This document shows, piece by piece, positions 39,996-51,653 of a stretch of 51,988 nucleotides of DNA; position 1 is the stretch's first letter; each line of letters starts with the position of its first letter. Below the pieces are notes generated by a model. That model saw nothing but the letters and a program-made list of their open reading frames with translations, was not told where the DNA came from and made no database searches. The DNA is from Ruditapes philippinarum (Eukaryota). The stretch covers positions 62,001-113,988 of the forward strand of contig NW_026859662.1 in assembly GCF_026571515.1 (NCBI RefSeq), in the 5' to 3' direction. A program made the position numbers and the translations under genes.

Positions 39996-41401
39996 CAATT
40001 AATCCCTTCGATTTACAACTAAAAATAGATCCGCATTCAAGAACTCCCTTTGATTTCTATATTGGTTTCCCCGTCGGTGATTCGCAACATGTCATATCAA
40101 TGAATGAGAACTGGAATGCAGTTCTGCTGTACATGAATTCGAAAGCTATAAATAGCTATAAAAGTTCTGAATTTTGACACTTAGGTTATAAATTTGTTAT
40201 TTTCCTTTTTTAGTAGTACATAGATTTATAATTTGTTACATTTTTAATTACATTTACACACAGCATATCAAGTATACTATTAGTGATTGAATTTGTCAAT
40301 ATAAATAAGATTTCAGGCATAAGACTTTAATAATTTCGCTTTTGATAATTATTCTTAATTTATATTTATGAAATTAAATGTTTAATAATTACATACGGAA
40401 GCGTCCTGGTGCCAATTCATAATGTTCTATAAAAAAGATAAACTCCTACGTAGGAGATAAAAAAGCCTAATTAGGAGTTTGTAACTCCTACGTAGGACTT
40501 TTAAATTCCTACTACGTAGGACTTTGTAACTCCTACGTAGGACTTTGTAACTCCTACGTAGGACTTTATAACTCCTATGTAGGAGATAAAAAAGCCTAAT
40601 TAGGAGTTTGTAACTCCTACGTAGGACTTTAAAACTCCTTCGTAGGACTTTGTAAGTCCTACGTAGGATTTTTTAACTCATCATGTACAGACTCAATCAA
40701 ACCGAGTCTGCAATTCTCTTGTAATTTTGTTGTGATTAATGCTTCCGAGGGATCACTTTGTTTCCAGATTTTTATAACTCCTACGTAGGAGATAAAAAAA
40801 GCCTTATTAGGAGTTTATAACTCCTACGTAGGACTTTTAAACTCCTACGTAGGACTTTATAACTCCTACGTAGGAGATAAAAAAAGCCTAATAAGGAGTT
40901 TGTAACTCCTACGTAGGACTTTTAAACTCCTTCGTAGGACTTTGTAAGTCCTACGCAGGTCTTTATAACTCCTACGTAGGACTTTATCATGTACAGACTC
41001 AATCAAACCGAGTCTGCAAATCTCTCGTAATTTTGTTATGATAAATGCTTCCGAGGAATCACTTTGTTTCCAGATTTTTTTATAACTCCTACGTAGGAGA
41101 TAAAAAAAGCCTTATTTGGAGTTTATAACTCCTACGTAGGACTTTTAAACTCCTACGTAGGACTTTATAACTCCTATGATTTTTATAACTCATACGTAGG
41201 AGATAAAAAAAAGCCTAATTAGGACTGTATTACTCCTACGTTGGACTTTGTAACTCCTACGTAGGACATTTAAACTCCTACACAGGACTTTATAACTCCT
41301 ACGTAGGATACATATCAAAGTACTGAAAGCACAGAGTTCGACGGACATGTATGCTAGAGTATAACTAAAGATAGCATATTATGTAGGAAAATAAATTATA
41401 T

Positions 41402-41636
41402 GAGCCGCGCCATGACAAAACCAATATAGTGCATTTACGACCAGCATGGATCCAGACCAGCCTGCGCATCCGCGCAGTCTGATCAGGATCCATGCTGTTC
41501 GCTTACAAACCCTATTACGAGTAGAGAAACTGATGGCGAATAGCATGGATCCTGATCAGACTGCGCGGATGCGCAGGCTGGTCTGGATCTATGCTGGCCG
41601 CAAACCCACTATGTTGGTTTTGTCATGACGCGGCTC
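41402..41636. mobile_element. Palindromic MITE (Sola2-like) nested in the foldback element
   Basis: GAGCCGCGCCATGACAAAACCAA...TTGGTTTTGTCATGACGCGGCTC, with ~100-bp near-perfect inverted arms and ATAT on both sides (41398-41401, 41637-41640). GAG termini with a 4-bp TSD fit Sola2. Confidence 0.85.
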
Positions 41637-42144
41637 ATATGTGTCAAGTTGTAAAGTGCAAGCCGCTTTAGTAATAACCTTTAGTCTGTAGCCAGAGATG
41701 ATTTTGTCATTCTACGATGATTCTGTATTATGTACGTTTAGTTATATTTATTATAAACAGGTACACAAAATGTATGGGGAAAGTAAGATATACAATGTAA
41801 TTCATTATTAAACATATGCATGCATAATGCTCCGCAAACCGTCATCCATCTAAACTTTACGGAGCAGGAACAAGACACTCCACTACTCCCCATGCCCCCT
41901 ATAAGGATTTAATCATTTGAAACGGCCGAAAATGGATAAATTGCTCGTTTTGTTCAGCTAGTTCGTATGGAAAACGAAATCGTTAAAGCCTTTTAAAATT
42001 GTGATATATATGCTTGTTGTCGAGTAAGTTTTTTACGTATAGCTGTAAAGCAATTTTTCGGGATACATCGCTAATGCTTACAGACACCTCACCCTAAGAC
42101 ACTGTACACTCTAGAAACCTGAGACACTTTATTAAAAGATGAAG

Positions 42145-42345
42145 TGTGGTGGCATGGCCGTGTGACTAGTATCTTAATGATCGCTAGCCGCATGGGTTCA
42201 AACCCCGTTAGGCGCAAGCCGTTCTTTCCTTGAGCAAGAAACTTTACACTCATTGCTAAGTACGTACTGGTTGGTTCCAGGAACGGATTCGAAAGTGTCT
42301 ATAAGCTTATAGCTTCATACACAATCAAACTTAAATAAATTCTGT
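42145..42345 (+). mobile_element. tRNA-derived SINE nested in the foldback element
   Basis: A box TGGCCGTGTGA (~42155), B box GGGTTCAAACC (~42194), CORE-like TCCTTGAGCAAGAAACTTTAC, then AGTACGTACTGGTTGGTTCCAGGAACGGATTCGA and an AT-rich tail. Confidence 0.7.
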
Positions 42346-44976
42346 ATGAACCAAAGGTGAAATGTCCTCTATATTTAAGATTTGAAATTTAAGCCGGGGG
42401 GGGGGGGTTAAGTGTCTTGTTCCATCACCGATATACCGGTCCGGAATGTTGAGATTTGCAAGGCATTCTGTATGCATTTCTTATAAAGTTATAAAGTCCT
42501 ACGTAGGAGTAGTTAAAAGTCCTACGTAGGAGTTTAAAAGTCATACGTAGGAGTTTAAAAGTCATACGTACGAGTTATAAACTCCTAATTAGGCTTTTTT
42601 ATCTCCTACGTAGGAGTTATAAAGTCCTACGTAGGAGTTAAAAAGTCCTACGTAGGAGTTTAAAAGTCCTACGTAGGAGTTATAAACTCCTAAATAGGCT
42701 TTTTTATCTCTTACGTAGGAGTTATAAAGTCTTACGTAGGACTTTAAGTCCTAAGTAGGAGTTTAAAAGTCCTACGTAGGAGTGACAAACTCCTAATTAG
42801 GCTTTTTTATCTCCTACGTAGGAGTTTATTTTTTTATAGAACATTAAGAATTGGCACCAGGACACTTCCGTAATAACATGTTGATATATTGGTTGTTTTG
42901 AAATAATTAAATTTAGTATATAATGTTACATTTCATTGGCGTCACTGATACTGCATACCACTTTGTGCTTCAAAATTATCTTTTTAAGGGTATGACTGGT
43001 AACATGTCCGGAGTCCGTACTCGACAGCAAAGCTGCATTTTGTGGCCTTACGAGCGGATGGACCATCATTAAGCATAGGCTATAAATAGATAGCATCATT
43101 GATAACAAAAGAAACTTGATCTGCAGATTGAACATGAAGTGTAATGTTTTTTAAGAATGGTTTTAAAGCAATTCAACAAAAAAGTATATTGATCTCCCAA
43201 TAAATCAATTAACAATAGTTTTTTATATATCACCAATGTCAAATAGCTTTTATATCTTTGACTCGCACGAACATGATGTTAGTGACTTTCCTTATACCTG
43301 CCTATAATTCAAGTAACAGTCTTCTATTATATTGATCAATACTGTATCACCATTTAACGCGTATATAACAAACAAAAATATCCTGAATTTGGTCTTTTTG
43401 AAATTCATCCAATTTTTTCATTCCAGAATGAGTTCTACTTTCAGTATTGAAAGAAACCTTTTTTTTTAATGTTAAATTAAAAAATGCATGTAATATTACT
43501 ATATTATCATATTAGTCCCTTTTGTTACAAATTGTATATTACAATTATAATAATAAAAACAAATAGACTTTGATATTTTTATAATCATATGTTACTGACT
43601 ACAGTAGTGACACAAACAGAACATAGTACAGTCATGTCACATAACACTTACAAGTCTTGTAAGTCTTGTTTGTATTCAATGGAATTACTTTCTTTTCCAG
43701 GTAGGCATCAGTAAAAGCATTTTTTATATTAAATATTTTTCCCCTCTTTTTAATTATGGACAGTGCATAAGATAAATATAATTATGCAAAAAATGTTTTA
43801 CAAAACATTCGGAAAAAAATCTACAATAGTACTTCTGAATATAACATGACCTGTGCGCAGCAATAATTTGATAAAGTATCTGTAATGAGCGCATTTTTTT
43901 TGCGCGGAGCTTCTCAATTGCTCAACATTTGTACTTTTTGCTTTGGTGTTTTAGAGTGTATCAGAGGTCTCTGATGCGAAAAATTGATGACCCTAACAGT
44001 ACACCGTAATTCATAGATTATCAAATATCTATTAAATTCATCTTTATCGTATTATCAACATTTTAACGAGAGGTTTACAATTCACCTCAATGACTAATTG
44101 ATTTGATTTTATGTCGTGCTGAATGCAATGACAAAAATATCAAGATTTTCATTTTCCATGTTTAAGGTAAAAAAATTAATCACTTATTTTTATTATGATT
44201 ACCATTTTTTTCTAGTGGCATAGTTTTAAAGACTTGATTCTCGAACTTACTTAAATCAACACAAATCATTCTGATAAAGTTTGTCGAAGGTAGAAGTTTA
44301 ACCACGGTGTTAATATAATTTGTCCTGTAAAATGATATTTACCGTGTCTCTGATGACCGATCTTTTAAATTGAACTAGAAAAGACCAGCATTTTGAGCAG
44401 GTTGCAATTAGACAGGATAAAATTGTGGTTTCTAGAGTGTCATCGAAGTTTTCTTTGATCCAAGCTTATCATCAAACTGTGAACCTCAGTCGACTTATGA
44501 AAATAAATATTATAACAAAGCTTGATTACGATGCAATTGAAACTTTGGTCATCAAATGTGTTTGTAGGATTTCATGGAGAGATACAATTTACATCGACTT
44601 AACCTTTCATCCCCTTCCATACCATTATCTTTACCCACTGTATTTTAAAACGTTCCTGTATATAACTATTATCGGATATCTTACTGCCTTCTATGAATAT
44701 ACATAGATAAGATAAGTATTTAAAATTTACTTTAAAATTCACAAAATTTGACTTTAGTTTTTAATGACGCGATAGAGATTAAGGATTAGAATGACTAAAA
44801 TCGTATTATTATAAACTACCGTACAGATATACATAAAAGTGGTGGACTTTTATCATGTTACAAATGCGGAAGTAAATAAGAATTAAATAAAATTTCTTTT
44901 TGCATTTCCAAGAAATCATAGCATAATATATTACGTGTCTCAACAAGGAAGAAATAATACAAGACGTGTTAAAATC

Positions 44977-47900
44977 ATGGAACCATGGGGAAATTTTGGT
45001 ATTTCGAAGCTTATGTCTGGTGTTGAGAAAGGAATGTCATCGGATTTGAGGAATCTTTGTTATGAGGCAGAAAAGGATGTCAGCATGATAGAAAGAAAAA
45101 TTCAGTTAGGACACAGGAAAAAGATAGAACCAATTAAAAAATTGATCGATGATGTTGCTCATATGAGAGTATGTAAGCGAGAAGAGGTGAAGGAAGTGCT
45201 ATCGATATTTAACGAATACGTAAAACCATTCTTGGAGGTATATATATTATACTATTTATGTGTTGAGTTAAACAAAGAGTTGCTAAATTGTTTCCAATTA
45301 GCCGGTTTTTTTATATAATACAGGGTAGAAGAACTACAACTCCCGGTGTGGGTTTGTTTTGTATACAAAATGTATTTAAATAAAAGCCTAAAAACATAAA
45401 TACTTAAAAACTTTTTGTCACAGTTCTCATGTCACCGACTCTCAAATTCATATATCAAGTTAAACTGTATTAATTAATTAACACGCTGTTAATACATTAA
45501 CAATTGTATATTACCTGTTTTTAAGGAGGAAGAAAGAACAAAATCTGATATTGATAAAGGCTCAAAGAAAGATCCTGTTAACAAAGATGATGATAACTTC
45601 AGTGGAACAAACGAGAATGAGAAACAAAAATTAGATAATAATACCCTACAAACAAAACATCTTCAGGATATGAACACGTAAGTTCAGATAATACAGTGAT
45701 TATACGAATTATGCGTGTAAAAAGCTTTTCGTGCCATGCACTTATGTAGTTAACGATACTGTAGGACCATTGTATTTTTTGAAAATTTTAAACAATATTG
45801 CGAGACTATTCAAAAGATATACATGTAATATGTCTTACCCAAAATATATTCAATGAATTAAATTTGAAAATGTGTTTTTTCCTATCTGAAAAGAAAAGAA
45901 AATGGCACTCCACATTCATTGTCATATATTTTATTGTGTCAGAGAGATGCATCAGATATATATTTACATTATACATAGTTTGTATCTAAAACATAGTATT
46001 TTTTTTTTTTCAAAAGGCTATCCCCCAACACTCCTTTAAACAATACTTGGATACGGTACATTTTAACACATTTTTGTTGTTTAACTTCAGATCAATAAAA
46101 AGAGGAATAGACGGACTTGTTGATGCATTTCGAGAGCTTTTCTTGAATGGTCATTGGAAAAAACTGTTTGATGATATCTCGAAACGCACAAATTCCCAGC
46201 ATCTGAGCACTGAATGCATTATGGAAATAGTAAAGGTAAAAAATTTAAAAATATAGTATATGAAAGATGTAAGAGTATCTTTATCTTGATGTTTTTTTAC
46301 CGGTGACGAGTGGATTTTGCCAGAGGCGCGGCGGCACCATGTATTACTTTTTAAAAATATTTATATATCCAAATTATCTAATTAGAAATGGACAAAATTT
46401 GCAATATCTTATCTTACTTATGATATTCGAACGTGTTCAGATTATCTAGAGAGGCTTTTATTGTATATAAAGGTCTGGATGTGCTAGATAAAAACATACA
46501 GGTGACTCTTACATATATTGCCCTGCTTCTTCTCGTATTTTAAACTGACTGCTAAATTTCTATTCATTACATAAGCAATTAACTTATATTCAACAGAAAG
46601 CGTTTAAAATAAGTAAGATTGAGGCTGCCAAACAGATTAGTAATGCAAGACAGTGTGCAAAACAGATAGTAGAGACTGGGGAGACTGAGGATGTACGTAT
46701 ACATACTCAGATTTATCTTTATACCTTCTATTACTTTGCATTGTATTAAATCTGTGAAGTTAAAATCTAAATGTTATATGTCAGACACATATTAGTGTGT
46801 TTATGCAGTACCATAGAAATCAGGAAAAAAATGATAAATTAATTGCTAAAGAGATGATAAATGTGTAACACCTCTCACGCCTTTTAGTGGAGTTTATCTG
46901 TTAATATTTAAAACGTATTGGATATTATATTCTAAAGGAACTGTTATTCTAACAATATTTACTGTACCCTAATCACAATCATAGGGACGTTTCAGACGAG
47001 TTTCGTGTAACATGTGTTTTTTATATCTGAAAATATTTGTGCAAATTCCATTAATCAGTGTGTTCGAAAAAATTAATTAATTGTCCTTTACTTTCTGAAG
47101 GTGTCTACTGACGATATCCATTCTTCAAAGCATATGGAATCCTCAGACGAACTTCTTCGTAGATATAGATATATACATGCAGATATGTCAACAGAAAGGC
47201 TTCAAGGAGTAATGTTCATTTCCATATATTTTTTCATTTTTAATAAGTGTAATTTTAAACAGTGCGAAAAATGTTTTGATCCAAAAGGAATTATTGTGTA
47301 TTATTGTCTGCCAATTAACATATTGAAGGTAGAAGATTAATTCAAACAGTACTCCTAATTAATTGTAAGTGTGCCTTTAAATTGTATTTAAAAGTCTAAT
47401 TTTAAGAGCATACTCCAGTTCTTAAACTAACAAATACAGGCGTCGTATGAAGAAACGTGGTGGTAACCTACAGGTGTCGAATCCACAATCCCTGTACTGA
47501 TAGGCTTACAAATTCACCACTACGCCACCGCTTCCCTTTAAATGATTATTTTGAATTCCTTAATTTCGGCTTTTTAAATATGTTTGTATGAAAAGGTAAT
47601 TCTTCAAACTTAAATGGTTTTAAAGAAAATCCATTTGATTGTTTTAATTATCAACACATTGCCTGTAATCCTATTTTGAACATAATGACAATGCTTGTAT
47701 TCTCTTTATTTCAGCTTCTTTTACAAAAAGTTAAAACATTCCTTTTTAAAACTTACAATATTGAGACGGAAGAGAATATAAATCTTGCATTGTTCATACG
47801 TGATTGTGCTGCCATAACATGGTTAATGTGTGTTGAGGACCCACCAATTGATATGGTATATGACAAATGTTCAGACAGAATGGACGAGAACAAATATGAC

Positions 47901-47999
47901 ATTATAAAAGGAAAACCATTTAAAAACATTGTGTGGCCTGCATTACAATTTGAAGGCACTGGAAGCATGTTATCAAAGGGAGTAATATGGTGTAAATAG
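44977..47999 (+). CDS. Mieap-domain protein, array gene 7 (~348 aa, most divergent)
   Basis: join(44977-45237,45526-45677,46091-46235,46597-46692,47101-47208,47715-47999), phases 0,2,0,0,0, open frame. Motifs FRELFLNGHWKKLFDDI, LLRRYR, FIRDCAAITWLMCVEDPPIDM, IVWPALQFEGTGSMLSKGVIWCK*. Confidence 0.86.
47442..47537 (-). mobile_element. tRNA-derived SINE head in the last intron of gene 7
   Basis: Reverse complement reads GGGAAGCGGTGGCGTAGTGGTGAA...GTGGATTCGACACC (A and B boxes) but does not close into a cloverleaf. Confidence 0.6.
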
Positions 48000-48864
48000 T
48001 TTTGAATGCTATAGAGTCGAAATCGGAGACAACCAGAACTGAGTTAAAAGCTATTTGTTGTACATAGTTCATTGATAATATTGCAGTGCCTTTTTCAAGC
48101 AGGGGGGGGGGGGGGGAAATTACACGGTATATTTGCAAAAGGGAAAAAGCTTAACGTAAATTTAATTTTTGGGAAAACTGCATGATTTTAAATAATTTTT
48201 CTTTAAAAAAGCAGGCTTATAACGGCCCCTGCTATAGAAGGAAAAAAACTCTATATGGATATATTTTAAATTCATTATTTGCCAAAGTCCTTAGAAAAAA
48301 TGTAAAAAATAAAGATTTTCTTTGATATTTTAACATACGTTCCCATTTCCTTACAAACTCCAAAGGTGTACATTTTATGAAAGTGATTAAATATCAGCAG
48401 ACTATTAATATCGCTGGAATTCGTTATGATAGAATAAATGTACTGTATGGAAGATTTTTCTTTTCACAATCAGTTAAACGAGAATGTTGTTTGTTTATTT
48501 TTGCGATGATATCTACAAAACACAAAGAGTCATGTCTTGTCACAATTAGAGTTTTTAACTGTAAATATATTGAAGGACACTACAAAACCTAGGGTATATG
48601 TCTTATTTTATCATTTATTTGAACATGTATCTTATAAAAATAAAACCATTGTATGTTATATAGCGTTAAGTTAGTTTATCATTAACCGCATAATACAAAA
48701 CCAGGAAGTATAATGACAGTATATGTTCCATGAATTCGTGTACTTTTCTTTTAAAATCTGCTTATGTTAAACTTTATTCAAAAGGTTACTGCCTTATACA
48801 TGTAACTTAAACTGTGTTGTGTTGACATACAAAGAGTTGATTTTATTGATAAACCTGTACACGT

Positions 48865-49800
48865 AGAACAACTAAATGAAACGAGAAGCAGTCAAAGACT
48901 GCTAAATCCCCCGCCGGATAGGAGAAAAGTTTGTTTTTAAGACCACATTTAAATGCATTTCAAATGGCAATATCACAAATACATGAGAGCTATCAACCAT
49001 GAAGTTATATACTGTTATAGCTTGGACAAAAATAAAAATTAAGCTTATTTATAAAAATAACAAGGGCAATTGCTCCAAAATAACTTCCGGAAGTCGCATG
49101 AATGGTACAAGTTCAAAAATATAAGCTCCAAAGAAAGGTACAGTGATCGGAAGAAGCAAGTGCTTGTAATTGCAATCAGGGTACACAGTGAATTGTATAT
49201 GCTCGCAAGACCGGGTACAGTGATTTCGTTTATCTACTGAGTAATTGACATCTACAATTTTAAATCACATGATGACAATAAGCTAAATATAAACATATCT
49301 AATCAAGACTTAAGTCAGGTAACACATAGGTTCGCACGAGTTACTAAGTCGTGCGAACGATATAATTACATGGTGCGCACGAGATACTTTGTCGTGCGTA
49401 GGAGTACTTATTCGTGCGCAAGAGATAATTAAGTTGTGCGCATGAGATATTATGTCGTGCACTCGAGTTACTGAGTCGCGCGAACGAGTTACTAAGTCGT
49501 GCGCACTAGATAATTAAGTCGTGTGCATGAGTTACTATGTGATGCGAACGAGATGAATACTAGTAAGTCGTGCGCACCGTGGCATATACACACCAATGCT
49601 TAATAAGCTTCACCTTTGACCTTATGACTTGAAAATGAGAAGTTGTCATCTACTTGCCTGCCAAGTAACATAAACAATTGCTTATTTATTAAGGATTATA
49701 CATTATGTGTCTCTGTGGACTTGACATTATATCTAATGACATCGAAATCAATAGGATTTTCTACTGGCCATTTAGGAACTAAAGGCAATCAATAAATAAA
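48865..49800. mobile_element. Helentron-associated (HINE/pearl-like) repeat remnant
   Basis: GCAGTCAAAGACTGC hairpin followed by CCCCCGCC near the start, CAAGGGCAATTGCTCC, and ACCTTTGACCT..AAATCAATAGG units of the kind seen in bivalve Helitron-linked satellites (recalled); decayed. Confidence 0.4.
49331..49580. repeat. 21-bp minisatellite, about 11-12 units
   Basis: Consensus GAGTTACTAAGTCGTGCGCAC repeated in tandem; each unit centres on the palindrome TCGTGCGCACGA. Confidence 0.88.
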
Positions 49801-51099
49801 AACATACTCATGTCACCTTTGAGCCACCATACTTAATTGGTATACATGTATTGGTCAAATTCTAGCAATTTCAAATCCATTGTATTTGATAGCAAAACTG
49901 GTTTACAATGATGGTAGCATACAACTATTTGCAGCGACTTTAAACTCACTGAAATTTGAGTTTATAGGTACATGCACTGTATAAGGTTCATGTCATGCGA
50001 GAGAAAAACTTCGTTTACCTTAACTTTTTTTTCTGTTTTATAAAAGATGATGTTTTCTAATCCGAATATCAAAGTTTAAATAGATTATTTTAAAGAAATT
50101 AGCGGATAGGGTACTATACTACAGATAATAATGTACAATACGTTGTGTCTGGTTTTTACGTCTATTCAAGACATCCAAAGTTTATATAACAAAACATAGG
50201 AAGCGACGTACTTTAACGTCACACATACGTTGGCGTCATTTAACGGCACATGAATATGAGCGCAATTCCCAACAGAAATAATATCGTAAAAGAGTCAGGC
50301 AAGTTCTATATAAACAACATATGTATCTTTTTTCACATTTTTTGCTTTAACTGTAATAAATTGTTACGATATATAGATTTATATTCTTTCCGTGATCCAT
50401 CCTTTATAATTTTGTGCAAGTTGTGAAAGGAACCATAATAGTTGTTAGAACATGTATTTTCTTAAACTGGTACAACACTTTGAAAGTGGGTAAAATGTAA
50501 TAAGTTATATATCTGCATTTTGTAGTTTACAAACGAATTGTTCAAACTTTGAACAGATATTTTTCCATATTTCCGGTATAAAAGAAATATATTAATATAT
50601 TTTTTAAAAGAGCGAATGGCGCATGCACGAAATCATTGAACGGTTAAAAACCTATTTAAAATACCTCCATAATATTTCTTGATAAATTTTATTCTGTTTA
50701 CATATATAGATCTTTATTCATGTGTGTTAAATAACAGAGACAATCTATGTGACATTTCTTTTGAGAAACGACCATGAGATTATGCAAAAAAACACATAAA
50801 TAAATTTACTGTTAATAAAACATTATACACATATATATTACACCCTTTAAAGGCACACTAAACCTTAGGAATCTATATATTTTAAATCTTTAGAAATGTC
50901 AAACATGTGTTCAATAATGGATTAAGAGCATGTAATATATTTAACAAATGAAGTAAGTAGCGTTAAATGTTTGCATAAATGTGTCTTCTTAAAAGTAGCA
51001 AAAGTAGTAGTTTGACTTCCAAACAAAATACTACATCACTTTAATTATATTAATTGCCAACAGAGCTAACGGAACAAAAGATAGTTCATGTTGTTGTGT

Positions 51100-51653
51100 A
51101 ATATGATTTATTTCATGCTTTCCAGTGTTTTATTATAATATATCAGATGATTATATTCTGATAAACCACTAGTGAAATTTATAAAATATAATTTTCACTG
51201 TAGCCGGACTATATCAGAATGCGGATGAAAAAAAATCATAACTAAATGGATTAACAGGCAGAAATAGATGCCGTCATGCGTTAATTTTGCTTCTTTAGGA
51301 AAAGAAAGTCGAACCTTACATCATGTTAAAAACGTAACAAAATTAGAGAAATTTAAAAGAACTATATTTCAAAATTGATGATGTGACGTCATGATGTGAT
51401 GACGTCACATAGGAGAATGCGCGACGTTACGCGGCAAAATCAGTAAAAAAAAACTTAAAATCACTTAAAAAGCATGAAATAAAAAGAAAATTCATTTGTT
51501 TTACATGTAAGATTGAAATATATTTCATTCGTGAACACCAGCTATTATATTTTCACTCGTGGCTACGCCACTCGTGAAAATATTGCATCTGGTGTTCACT
51601 CAGTGAAATTATATTTCAATCTTACATGCAAAACAAACAAATATCCTCTCTAT
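51100..51653. mobile_element. Non-autonomous DNA element with long terminal hairpin (Crypton-like)
   Basis: Hairpin TTTGTTTTACATGTAAGATTGAAATA..TGAACACCAG..TTTTCACTCGTGGC/GCCACTCGTGAAAA..CTGGTGTTCA..TATTTCAATCTTACATGCAAAACAAA, ending AATATCCTCT. A second partial copy is at 32979. Left boundary uncertain. Confidence 0.6.

Larger units (their letters stand above)
40394..42872. mobile_element. Composite non-autonomous IS3EU-like foldback transposon with palindromic subterminal arrays
   Basis: Left end TACGGAAGCGTCCTGGTGCCAATTCATAATGTTCTATAAAAAA; right end TTTTTTATAGAACATTAAGAATTGGCACCAGGACACTTCCGTA. Flanks ATTACA (40388-40393) and ATAACA (42873-42878) match at 5 of 6 TSD positions. Arms (40394-~41310, ~42480-42872) are ~21-bp repeats of TCCTACGTAGGA in inverted orientation. 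Confidence 0.9.

Noticed and set aside
39625-40022. ORFs 39625-39861 and 39744-40022
   Set aside because: Compositional artefacts of the degenerate foldback repeats.
40394-41310. Palindromic repeats with occasional inserts, superficially CRISPR-like
   Set aside because: No unique spacers and no cas genes; eukaryotic context; the array is bounded by transposon TIRs and a TSD.
41446-41628. ORF MDPDQPAHPRSLIRIHAVR...
   Set aside because: Lies wholly within the palindromic MITE; no coding support.
47442-47537. Possible tRNA genes here and at 42145 and 4838
   Set aside because: A and B boxes are present but there is no closed cloverleaf; treated as SINE heads.
43-47999. Assigning the symbol SPATA18 to these genes
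   Set aside because: Only the C-terminal domain is shared, and orthology cannot be shown from this window.
1391-48138. Minus-strand ORFs of 60-106 aa
   Set aside because: Most are antisense shadows of plus-strand exons or low-complexity AT-rich frames; no coherent minus-strand gene structure was found.
49331-49580. 21-bp palindromic repeat array as a possible CRISPR
   Set aside because: Units are contiguous with no spacers; it is a minisatellite.
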